Origin: Macrostomum lignano
Lineage: Eukaryota
Length of the DNA stretch: 64,000 bases
NCBI GenBank assembly: GCA_002269645.1
Contig: NIVC01001635.1
Location: forward strand, 62,001-126,000
Reading direction: 5' to 3'
Made by a program: the position numbers and the translations under genes. This document shows, one piece after another, positions 24,663-36,900 of this stretch (its first letter is position 1; each line of letters begins with the position of its first letter). The notes below the pieces were generated by a model. That model did not search any database, was not told the origin of the DNA, and saw only the letters and a program-made list of their open reading frames with translations.

Positions 24663-27600
24663 ATGGACAGGCAACTGTCGGCATCGACGGAGTCGCTGCT
24701 CACTAGCCGGTCCCGCAGCCTTTTCGACAACCTGGACCGGGACTGCAGCGGCTACATCGAGCCGGCGGACCTCGCCGATTACTGCGGCGCGGAGCTCAGC
24801 AAAGAGGAATTCGCCAAGCTGTTCAAAGAGCTGGACAAGGACGGCGACGGCCGGATAAGTCTGGAGGATTTCCGAGAAGGATTTCGTTTCATTAGTCGAA
24901 CGGTGCATCGACACGATCAGGTAAGCGAGGACGTCATCAAACAGGTTTTACTCGTGCGAAATTGGATTGGCTGTGTTTATCCCTATGAGAAACCGAATCA
25001 GCAGTTATCTTGGAGATTTCTTAGAAAGCTACCAAATGTTTCTTAGAAAAAGGCGGATTGATTTCCTAGAACTTAAATGGACGCTGCTTTATTGATATAA
25101 AGAGGATAGAAGTTTTTTTCCTGGAAAAGGGCTGATAGTTTCCTAAACAGTTTGAATTGTTTTATTAAAACGGCATTCATTGTTATTTTCTAAGAAATTG
25201 AGCCGGTGGTTATTTCTTAAAAACGATGGGATTGATTAACAAAAATAAAAAATCTAAAAATTTTTAAATTGTTTTTTTGAGATCAGTCACTTTTTATTGG
25301 AAACGTATAAATGCATTCTTAGAATCAAGTGATGATCGAACATTTTAGAAACCGGATTGACGTGTTTTTTTAAGTAACAGAATACAGTTTTAATGATGCG
25401 CAGCGATTTTTTCTCAGAAAAATTTCGTGAAAAATTTTCCTGTACTTCTTTCCTAGAAACCCAACGGACTTCTTTCTTAGAAACCCAACGGACTTCTTTC
25501 TTAGAAACCCAACGGACTTCTTTCTTAGAAACCCAACGGACTTCTTTCTTAGAAACCCAACAAACTTCTTTCTTAGAAACACAACGGACTTCTTTCTTAG
25601 AAACGCAACGGACTTCTTTCTTAGAAACCCAACGGACTTCTTTCTTAGAAACCCAACGGACTTCTTTCTTAGAAACCCAACGGACTTCTTTCTTAGAAAC
25701 CCAACGGACTTCTTTCTTAGAAACCCAACAAACTTCTTTCTTAGAAACGCAACGGACTTTTTCTTAGAAACCCAACGGACTTCTTTCTTAGAAACCCAAC
25801 AAACTTCTCTCTTAGAAACGCAACGGACTTCTTTCTTAGAAACCCAACGGACTTCTTTCTTAGAAACCCAACGGACTTCTTTCTTAGAAACCCAACGGAC
25901 TTCTTTCTTAGAAATCTGAAATACTTCGTTCTTCGAGAAACTCAATCGTTCTACATTCGACAATCCACAGGAGCGCCGTCGATCGTCGGTGGCGTCGAGC
26001 CTGTCAGCACGCCGACTGCCAACTAGCACTGCCGGCTCCCGAGACGACAACCTCAACCGACTGGACGAATCGGTTGAGGAGGGCAACGGCAGCCGGGGAG
26101 CCGCAGGCGAGGTCAAGGAAGCCACCGGAAGTGCCGACACCCCACAGCAGCAGCTGGCGCAGGCTCTTAACGACTGTCTGCAATCGTTGTCTACTCAAGA
26201 CTGCGTCCTGGATCTGTACCAGCAGCTCAGCGAGCAGCAGCAGAGGCAGCCTCATCTGTTAGAGAGCTTCGAGACTGTGCTCGCCGACCTGATTCAAACC
26301 ATTCAAAGCCTTCGTTCGGAGCAGACCAAGATGGAGGAGTCAATGAAGCTGGAGCGGCAGCGGCACAGGAGGGCCTTGCGAGAGATGGAGGCTGAGCTGG
26401 AGCAGCAGGTGGGAAATTTTTGAAGTCCCAAAATCTCGATTATGAAATCTCCCAGCAGATCCAAAATATTAGAATCTAAGCTATTAGAATCCCAACTCAA
26501 TTAGAATCCCAACTCAATTAGAATCCCAACTCAATTAGAATCCCAACTCAATTAGAATCCCAACTCAATTAGAATCCCAACTCTATTAAAATCCCAACTC
26601 AATTAGAATCCCAACTCAATTAGAATCCCAACTCAATTAAAATCCCAACTCTATTAAAATCCCAACTCAATTAGAATCCCACAATCCCAAATCTCAAAAC
26701 ACCCGCTAACCCTGACAGCTGGCGGCAGCTGAGGAGGCCGCCCACACCCGAGCACGCGAATCGGCCGAGCGCGATTTCCGAGCCGTCCTAGAAGCCAAGG
26801 ACGCCGAATTGGCATCTTTAGCTCAGCAACTGGCCGAGCATCGGGTCAAACTGACCGCAGCTGATTCTCTTGGATCCGAAATCGCCGCCTTGAAACGGGA
26901 GCTCACCGAGGCCAGGGCTGAGACACAGTTGGCCCAATCGGAGCTAAACGAGTCGGAGACCAGATTGGCGGTTGCTATGAGCGAGATCAGCTCGTTGAAG
27001 CAGTCGCTTCAAGAGCGAGAGTTCAGCGTGGCCAGAGAGCGCGAGACGGTGCAGGAGCAGCTGAGGCAGGGAGCTCGCATTGCTCAGCAGCTGCAGGCGA
27101 TGCACGCGGCTAACAGAGCGTTGCGAGACAGGAATGAGGAGCTCCTGCAGGTGAGACTGAAGTGGTTCTCATGCCTTCTCACTTTTTATTATGCCTTCTC
27201 ACTTTTTCATTATGGCTTCTCACTGTTTTTCATGGCTTCTCACTGTTTTTCATGGCTTTTAACTTCTTCATTCTGGCTTCTCACTGTTTCATTGTGGCTT
27301 CTCTCGTTTTCTCATGGCTTCTCATTGTTTCACATGCCTTCTTACAGTTTCTCATGGCTTCTTCCGGGTTCTCATGGCTTCTCCCGGGTTCTTATGGCTT
27401 CTCACTGTTTCTCGTGGCTTCTCTCACTGTTTCTCATGGCTTCTCCCGGGTTCTCATGGCTTCTCACCGTTTCTCATGGCTTCTCACTCTTTCACATGGC
27501 TTCTCACTGTTTCTCATGACTTCTCACTGTTTCTCATGGCTTCTCTCGGGTTCTTATGGCTTCTTACTGTTTCACATGGCTTCTCACTGTTTCTCATGAC

Positions 27601-29778
27601 TTCTCCCGGGTTCTCATGGCTTCTCACCGTTTCTCATCGCTTCTCACTGTTTTAATGGCTTCTTTCGGATTCTCATGGCTTCTCCTGGGTTCTTATGGCT
27701 TCACACTTTTCATTATGGCTTCTCACTGTTTCTCATGGCTTTTCACTTTTTAAATATGGCTTCTGAATTTTTCATTATGGCTTTTCACTGTTTCTCATCA
27801 TGGCTTCTCATTTTTTCTCATCATGGCTTCTCTGTGTTTTTTATGGCTTCTCCCGGTTTCTCATGGCTTCTCACTGTTTCTCGTGGCTTCTCACTTTTCA
27901 TTTTGGCTTATTAATTTACTTCTCATGGCTTCTCATCAACTCTTCACAATCATTCGAAATCCAACAGGTCGCCAAAGCCTCCACATCGTCCTCGTTTGAC
28001 GCCAACGAAGCCGACCACGGCGAGGAGTCAGACTGCGATGACGCAAACGAACACGATGACGTCATAGTCGACGACCGTCGCAACAGACAGAAGCGACTGC
28101 AAATTTTTAAAGCGCCATCAACAGCACCGCGAACGGGCTCTTCAAGATTGTCTGGCAATCGCCAAGGTCTCAAAGTCGGAGGCGGTCATCCGGAACGAAT
28201 GTTCAAAGTGGTCCTAGCCGGTGACAGCTCGGTTGGGAAGTCCTGCCTCATCATGCGGCTGTGCGATAATAAATTTGTGGAACGAACCACCGCCACGTTG
28301 GGCGTCGATTTCAAAACTACGGTGCTGAATGTTGACGGCGAACTGCTGGCTGTTCAGGTGATAAAATTCTTCTTCTTTATGCGAGATTGGAGATTTTTAG
28401 CAATTAGCTACTGATACTACTTTTGTAAGTAGACAACTAGATTGAAATGATAAGCGGTATCAAATGCATGGTCAGTTTATGTCACAATTTTTTTATAAAA
28501 TTGTCAAATTTATGTCAAAAATAAAATAAAACTGACTCATACATGATGCCAGTAATGAGAAAAATGAATTCATAATTGAGTCAATGCAATCTTGAGGTCA
28601 TAAAAGCGATTATTAATGAGATCACAAATGGGATTATAAATGAGGTCATTAATGGGATCAGAAATGATTTCATAAATGGTGAGTTAGTAAATGGGGTCAT
28701 AAATTGCATCATAAATAAGATCACAAATGAGGTCATGATAGGGGGCCATAATTCAGGTAGTAGATGAGAGCATAAAATACATCATATGAGATCATAAATG
28801 AGGTAATAAATGAATGTCAGAAGTGTGAGGCTATAAAAATGAATCTCCCATTCCCGGCCGTAACTCGGCAGCTGTGGGACACGGCGGGTCAGGAGCGCTT
28901 CCGGTCCATCGCTAAATCCTACTTTCGGCGTGCGGACGGCGTGCTGCTGCTCTACGACTGCTCACATGAGCGCTCGTTTCTGAGCGTTCGCGACTGGCTA
29001 AGCCAAGTGCGCGAAGCTGCCGACGTGCCGATCATGATCTGCGGAAATAAGATCGACCTGCGAGCCGAGGCGGAGCTCAAGCAGCGACAGAGTCAAGACA
29101 GTCAGCAGAATCAACGATTTGTTGGCTACACCGAAGCCAGGAAGCTGGCTCAAGAGCACGACGCCCTGTTCGCGGAGACCAGCGCTAAAAGTGGAGAAAA
29201 TGTGGCCGAGAGTGTGGCCGAACTGGCCAGACAGATGCGAGCTAACGAAGATTTGCAGGTGGGTTGGGGTGGAATCCTTCACCTGTTGGATAGAATTCTC
29301 CAAACCTGTTGGATAGAATCTCCCCAAACCTGTTGGATAGAATCTCCCCAAACCTGTTGGATAGAATCTCCCCAAACCTGTTGGATAGAATCTCCCCAAA
29401 CCTGTTGGATAGAATCGCCCAAACCTGTTGGATAGAATTCCCCAAACCTGTTGGATAGAATTTCGCCAAACCTGTTGGATAGAATCGCCCAAACCTGTTG
29501 GATAGAATTCCCCAAACCTGTTGAATCGCCCAAACCTGTTGGATAGAATTCCCCAAACCTATTGGATAGAATTCCCCAAACCTATTGGATAAGTATAATT
29601 GTTAGTAAGATATAAAGTAACAACACTGCATTTTTAAAGTAAATAACTTATTATGATGCAACCTAACAATTAAACCCAGGTGAGCCAGGCACACTCACAA
29701 TTATCATGGCAGCAGCAGTCAGTACAGCTAAAAGAGGGCAGCCATGGAAGCAGTCGTCCTGCCTGCTGTGAGACCTGA
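24663..29778 (+). CDS. RASEF: RASEF / Rab45-like large Rab GTPase (2 EF-hands, coiled coil, Rab domain), about 667 aa
   Basis: Exons 24663-24920, 25971-26408, 26719-27150, 27968-28357, 28872-29258, 29680-29778, all phase 0. EF loops DRDCSGYIEPADL and DKDGDGRISLEDF; long coiled coil; GDSSVGKS, TLGVDF, WDTAGQERF, NKID, ETSAK; C-terminal ACCET prenylation motif. Confidence 0.95.
25445..25915. repeat. 24-bp minisatellite (TTCTTTCTTAGAAACCCAACGGAC), RASEF intron 1
   Basis: 8-aa periodicity in ORFs. Confidence 0.95.
26480..26680. repeat. 17-bp minisatellite (TTAGAATCCCAACTCAA), RASEF intron 2
   Basis: Direct. Confidence 0.92.
27165..27935. repeat. About 20-bp minisatellite (TCTCATGGCTTCTCACTGTT), RASEF intron 3
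   Basis: Direct. Confidence 0.92.
29282..29590. repeat. 23-24-bp minisatellite (CCTGTTGGATAGAATCTCCCCAAA), RASEF intron 5
   Basis: Direct. Confidence 0.93.
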
Positions 29779-30915
29779 TAGACAAGAAGCAAGCTGAATT
29801 GGAGTGAAGAAGACAGTTAAAATCGAATATTTTGATGCCTAGAATAGCTTGATTTGATACTATTTTGTATTATTTTAAATGTAATTCACTAAAACTTATT
29901 GTAGCTTAAACCTCTCTAAAGTAAAAAGGCTAAGAAATTCAATACAAGATGTTTTTTTTCAGATTGAAGGCTACAATAATTGTTTTATTTATTCAACAAA
30001 AGCATTGAAATTTTATGAGAAACTGATAAACCTATAAATAAATATAATAGCTTGAAAAATGCTACAATAAAGTATATTTTCATTTTCAACTCATTAATGC
30101 CTATATCTTCTAATCTAAAAAGTAAAAAGTATAGATTGTAACAATCAACAACAGGCCTTGTAAATATAAATATAAAAATTTTTAACTTTATTGTCCATGC
30201 AAAGTATTTTGCTAATGCCTTACAATAAATTTTATCTGCTTGTTTTATTGGTTAATAACTATATGCCCTATATTCAAAGTTTTTTCTTGATGTACTGTAT
30301 ATTTTAAAGGTTTTTCATAATTAATATACAGTACAGTACTTCTATAAAACCAAGTGATTCTATTGGATTGAGTAAATAATATAAATATTCAAGCTAATTA
30401 TAAAAAATTTAACTTAACCCTAATTTGGCATACTTAACAGTATGGACTGCAGCAGCAGATAACAAATTTTTGGCTAATACAGTATTGGCAAAATGCTTAT
30501 GTTATTAGTTGATGGGTATGCTTATTTATTATCTAGAAACTAGACGTAGTTGTAAATATAGTAGCAGCAGAAAAACCTTACCGTTTTAATTAAATTCACC
30601 CACGATGACGTCTGTTAAAATGCCGCTGAAACGAAAGTTATCATTTATAACAAAGCCTGCTTACATGTATTACACTTAATTGATAGATTAGCCTTAAATT
30701 AAAATTCGTATTGAAAAATTCAATTATTATTTTATAAATATTAATTTGCAGCATTTAACTTTGATTAGACACTATTTACAGTGGATACATATTTTATTAT
30801 ATAGGTTTGGTTGTTGGCCGACATTGAAACATGAAACCGGATTCTTCGAAATTTTACTTTTAGACTAAGGAGGTCTTGTCTTGACTTTGTTGTGCAGATT
30901 AAACTAAAGTATAGT

Positions 30916-33900
30916 ATGTCTTCTTTATCTCCAATAGCACAGAATCCAGCAATGTCCAATCTTGCAAATCTAATTTTGGCTGCTAGTTTCCCTAAACTTT
31001 CTCTATCGCCCTCTCAAATGCAATCTGTGAATCTGAGCCACCTTTCTGGGAGCGTTACATTGCCCGTCGAGTTAGACCAAGCTGTTCAGGGAATTGGAAT
31101 GGCTGCTGTTAGTGTTAAACAGCAGCACTTAAGGTACTATTAATGTATTCTGCTTTTGTTGGTTACCATGTCATATTTGTACTCATAGCCATAGCACTTA
31201 CATCATAATCACTTACAATTACATCATCACATGTATACTTAACTTAGCCTTTAATGACTAGCTATTCATATAATTTATAGGGCCTATGTCTATTATGTGG
31301 CCATATTGTGGGCCTATGAAAATATCTGCAGTAGGTTTAGGTTATATCAATTATCATTTGCTATATTTTGATATTGTTATAGCATATTGATAGTCAAGTT
31401 TTTTATTTTTGTATTATTTTTATAAGTAATTTATATTAAATGAAGTTCTTGGCTATTATGAATTTATTTTGTGAAGTTTTCCTTTCTAATTTTTCTATAA
31501 TTTCTTCAGCCAACATGACTAGACACCCTTGAGCCTACCACAAGCACTTTCCTAAAAATGAAATTCAATTGTTAGAACTTTAATATTTTTATTTTAAAGT
31601 CATATTTGAAAAATAATACCGTTTTTATTTTTCCTGTTTTTTCTTGTTGAAAATATGGATAATATTAAATCCACATCAAAACGGCCATACGCAAAATGGC
31701 CTCACAACAGAACGGCCACACCGTCAAAATGGCCACATGTCAAAATGGCCACATATAACAAATTTGGATGGCTGCACCATCAAAATGGCCACACAACAAT
31801 TTTTTATAAGGTGTGACACAATGTTAGTTTATTTAGTTTATTTAGGATGTGATCTTCACCCTGCCTCACCCTGCTCTTTTGCCACCTGTCCGCTCACAAC
31901 TATACCAAGTCCCATACATGCGTAACCTCCAAAATTCGGTCGGCCATGCGACTTAGTTTTAACAAAAATGCGACATAGTTTTTGGCCAAAAATGCAACTT
32001 AAATGTAAAAAACCCTAAAGCAAAATTAACGCAACTTTGGGTAAACGGCAGGAGTAACTATGACTGTCTTATTAGGTCAAAATGCCTTGGCAGCTACTTG
32101 TACTACTACTTTAGTATTTTTTCAGGTGGGCATTTTTGCGACCTCCTTGGTTGGCCGTCAAATCGGTTGGCCGACTTGGCCGACTGTTGTGCATGTATGC
32201 CAAGTCCTGAGCAGTGACAGCTGCTCAAGCAGAAGGTTGCAGACATTTGAAATTAGGACATCAATCTAATTTTACTGATTTTACTAATTTTAATTTTACT
32301 TTGTGGCACACATTTGTTTAAATACATGTACATTTGTTTGTATACTTATTCGAAATTGTCCTATGCATTTCTTATCAAGTTGAATTTCAAATCCAATCTG
32401 CAATTTCTTACGAAGTCTATAAACATTGGAACCTATAAGCAAGTACATGTCCTAATAACTCGAATAACTTGATATGTTAACGTAAAGACAGGCGCGGATC
32501 CAGGAATTTCTTGAGGGTGGGCCAACTTTTTTCATACTGCCCCAAGTAGGAACCAACTCCAAAGCCCGAGCCCTTTCTTTACTTAGAAGGGGGCCAAAGG
32601 CCAAGAGCAGAATTTTTTTCGAGGCAGCAGAGGGGGGGGCATGGCCCCCTTGCCCCCCCCCCCAGGATCCGTCACTGTGTAAAAACTTAATTAAATAACA
32701 CTTAGAAACATATTTGCATATTGTATGACCAAATAAACTAACATTAAACTAACTCAACTAACTCAACTAAACTAAACTAACTCATGCATATGAAACTTAT
32801 AAAAATTTGTTATATATGGCCATTTTGATGGTGTGGCTATTCCATTGTGAGGCTGTTTTGTGTGTGGCCATTTTGACGTGTACCCATAATATTATATGAT
32901 TAATTTTTGCTAATTTAGATAACAAAATAACTTATATTGAATATTATCTATAGCAACCTAATATTTTAATTAAACCATATACATTTTCTATAAAAAGGCT
33001 AATCTAATAGGCAAATATAAAGAAATAAGATCTAAAGACATACATATATAGCTGCTTGCCAATCTAGCATGCATAAAATTGTTTTTATTTTATTTTTGTA
33101 CTTTACTTTTTTTGACAAAGTTTGATAATCAAGATTTTGTCTACTTTGTCTTTGTTTTTAAGTAAGTTGAATTCTCTGTGATAACGAAGTTGCATATTTA
33201 ATGAAATTTTAAAGGCTTCACATATTTCTAAGGTCCCATTTAAGTGTCTTTTTTAATTAAATAATAGTAATACTAAGAGATTTTCATTAATGAAATCATT
33301 ATTGATTATTGAAATTTGTTTTCAGAACTGCTTTTAAGTGCCAAATACTATTTTAGTAACAATTCTAAGTTTGTTTATTTAACAAATGGGATTAAATAAT
33401 AATATTTATAATATATGAATATGTATAAAAATGTTTGTTCCTTTAAAGAATCTGTAACCTAAATTTCTTTCAATTTAAAAAAACTTTTCTGACACAGTTA
33501 CCTGCGAGATTTCCGCACTCAGCAGTGCCCACTATTCGCCAATCACAAGTGCACCCAGCATAAGCCATTCACCTGCTTTCACTGGCACTTCCCTAATCAG
33601 CGCAGACGGCGGCCAATTCGCAAATCCGATGGCACATTTTCCTACTCTCCCGATGTCTACTGCGACAAGTATGACGAGACTCGAGGCGACTGTCCGAATG
33701 GCGATGCCTGCCCTTATCTGCACCGCAATGCCGGCGACACTGAGCGAAGGTACGTTGGTCTAACCCTCTCCTGACTGGCCGATCAACCTAAAGTTTCGTC
33801 AGTCTCCAAGCTGTACTTTGATCCTGCAGTCTGCTAATTTCTCTTCTCTTCTGTCTAAGTGATCGCCGGCCTTTTGTTTTGCAATCTCATCTGTTTATGG

Positions 33901-36900
33901 TGTTGCTGTCTGCCTCTCCATTCTTTTGCTCTTCATCCCCTCGCCCTTCTCACCTGCTACCCACTGTCTCACTCACCCCATCTCACTTTGCTCTTCACTC
34001 TCTCTGTCTCTCTCTCCCCCTCCCTCCCTCTCTTTTACTCCCTCTCTTGCTCTCCCTCCCTCTCCCTCCTTCTCCTTTCCTCTCTCCCTCTCCCTCTCTC
34101 CTTCCTCTCTCTCTCCCCCTCTCACTCCCTCTCTCTCTCCGTCCCTCTCTCTCCTTCCCTCTCTCCCTCTCCTTCCCTCTCTCCCTCTCCTTCCCTCTCT
34201 CCCTCTCCTTCCCTCTCTCCCTCTCCTTCCCTCTCTCCCTCTCCTTCCCTCTCTCCCTCTCCTTCCCTCTCTCCCTCTCCTTCCCTCTCTCCCTCTCCTT
34301 CCCTCTCTCCCTCCTTCCCTCTCTCCCTCTCCTTCCCTCTCTCCCTCTCTCCCTCTCCTTCCCTCTCTCTCTCTCCTTCCCTCTCTCCCTCTCCTTCCCT
34401 CTCTCCCTCTCCTTCCCTCTCTCCCTCTCCTTCCCTCTCTCCTTCTTCCCTCTCTCCTTCTTCCTTCTCTCCCTCTCCTTCCCTCTCCCTCTCCTTCCCT
34501 CTCTCCCTCTCTTTCCCTCTCTCCCTCTCCTTCCCTCTCTCTCTCTCCTTCCCTCTCTCCCTCTCCTTCCCTCTCTCCCTCTCCTTCCCTCTCTCTCTCT
34601 CCTTCCCTCTCTCCCTCTCCTTCCCTCTCTCCCTCTCCTTCCCTCTCTCCCTCTCCTCTCCTCTCTCTCCCTCTCCTTCCCTCTTCCCTCTCCTTCCCTC
34701 TCTCCCTCTCCTTCCTCTCTCCCTCTCCTTCCCTCTCTCCCTCTCCTTCCCTCTCTCCCTCTCCTTCCCTCTCTCCCTCTCCTCCCTCTCCCTCTCCTTC
34801 CCTCTCCCTCTCCTTCCCTCTCTCCCTCTCCTTTCCTCTCTCCCTCTCCTTCCCTGTCTCCCTCTCCTTCCCTCTCTCCCTCTCCTTCCCTCTCTCCCTC
34901 TCCTTCCCTCTCCCTCTCCTTCCCTCTCTCCCTCTCCTTTCCTCTCTCTCTCTCCTTCCCTGTCTCCCTCTCCTTCCCTCTCTCCCTCTCCTTCCCTCTC
35001 TCCCTCTCCTTCTCTCTCCCTCTCCTTCCCTCTCTCCCTCTCCTTCCCTCTCTCCCTCTCCTTCCCTCTCTCCCTCTCCTTCCCTCTCTCCCTCTCCTTC
35101 TCTCTCTCCCTCTCCCTCCTCTCTCCTTCTCTCTCCCTCTCCTTCTCTCTCTCCCTCCTTCCCTCTCTCCCTCTCCTTCCCTCTCTCCCTCTCCTTCCCT
35201 CTCTCCCTCTCCTTCCCTCTCTCCCTCTCCTTCCCTCTCCCTCTCCTTCCCTCTCTCCCTCTCCTTCCCTCTCTCCCTCTCCTTCCCTCTCTCCCTCTCC
35301 TTCCCTCTCTCCCTCTCCTTCTCTCTCTCTCTCCCTCCCTCTCCTTCTCTCTCTCCCTCTCCTTCTCTCTCTCTCCTTCCCTCTCTCCCTCTCCTTCCCT
35401 CTCTCCCTCTCCTTCCCTCTCTCCCTCTCCTTCCCTCTCTCCCTCTCCTTCCCTCTCCCTCTCCTTCCCTCTCTCCCTCTCCTTTCCTCTCTCTCTCTCC
35501 TTCCCTGTCTCCCTCTCCTTCCCTCTCTCTCTCTCTCCTTCCCTCTGTCCCTCTCCTTCCCTCTCCCCCTCTACCCATCTTTCTCATTCTCTATCCAACT
35601 TCTAATCATCCATCTTCCACTTCTATCTTTATATATCTATATCTTCCTTCTTAATCATTCCACCCTTTTAATCCTTTTTTATTTATTTTCCATCCAGTTT
35701 CGCCTCTACTCTCCTACCGTATTATTTAATTCTTACCTGTGAAAAACATTCCAAAAAGAGCATTTCTTAACACAAATAAACGCCTCATCAACCTTTTTAT
35801 AGATATCATCTTCGCTATTTCAAAACTGGCACGTGCATCCACGACACGGACGCCAGAGGCCAGTGCACCCGAAACGGATCTCATTGCGCATTCGCTCACG
35901 GCGCCCAAGACTTGAGGGTGCCAGTCTACGATATCCGCGAAGTGCAGGAGGCCGCCGACTGTCCAGTGAACTTGCCAGCTAGCCTGGAGAAAGAGCGAGT
36001 CCTGTCGGAGGACCCCAAATGGAACGAAATGAGCTATGTGTTGGCCAACTACAAGACTGAGCAGTGCCGCAAGCCGCCCAGGATGTGTCGTCAAGGCTAC
36101 GCTTGCCCGTTTTTTCACAACGCCAAGGATAAACGACGAGGACCGCAGTTTTATAAGTATAGGTGAGAATTTTTCTGTACTTAATCCGTGCTTGATTGTA
36201 CAGGTGTGGGGTTATAAAGGTGTAGGTTTGTACAGATGTGGGTTTATAAAGGTGTAGGGTTGTACAGATGTGGGGTTATAAAGGTGTAGGGTTGTACAGG
36301 TGTGGGGTTATAAAGGTGTAGGGTTGTACAGGTGTGGGTTTATAAAGGTGTAGGGTTGTACAGATGTGGGGTTATAAAGGTGTAGGGTTGTACAGGTGTG
36401 GGGTTATAAAGGTGTAGGGTTGTACAGGTGTGGGGTTATAAAGGTGTAGGGTTGTACAGGTGTGGGGTTATAAAGGTGTAGGGTTGTACAGATGTGGGAT
36501 TATAAAGGTGTAGGGTTGTACAGATTTAGGGTGGTACAGATGTAGGGTTGTACAGGTGTACAGATTTAGGCTTGTACAGGTTTAGAGTTGTACGGATGTA
36601 GAGTTGTACAGGTGTAGGGTTGTACAGGTGCTGGGTTGTACAGGTGTAGGGTTGTACATGTTTAGGTTTGTACAGGTGTAGGGGGGTCAGATGTAGGGTT
36701 GTACAGGTTTAGGGTTGTACAAGTGTAGGATTGTACAGGTGTGGGATCGAACAAACAATTTAAGGACTATGAATATTTCATACTGTTCTGAATTTAGTGT
36801 AATCGCATGCATTATTATCCTGTTGTCATAAATTATTCTACATGTACAATTTTTGAAAGTTGATAAACTCAGCGATTATGAAGTTGGGATTAAAAGATAT

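Larger units (their letters stand above)
31672..32880. mobile_element. Non-autonomous DNA transposon (MITE/foldback) with long degenerate terminal inverted repeats
   Basis: Left arm about 31672-31810 (CACATCAAAACGGCCATACGCAAAATGGCCTCACAA..CATATAACAAATTT..TTATAAG) is the approximate reverse complement of the right arm about 32796-32880. Both are built from CAAAATGGCCA subrepeats. No clear TSD. Confidence 0.75.

Noticed and set aside
29282-29590. Regular 24-bp repeats resembling a CRISPR array (likewise 25445-25915 and 44575-45058)
   Set aside because: Head-to-tail units with no unique spacers, eukaryotic intron context, no cas genes.
32039-32087. 28S rRNA gene
   Set aside because: The match is only about 35-50 bp and the flanks are not rRNA; reported as a fragment.
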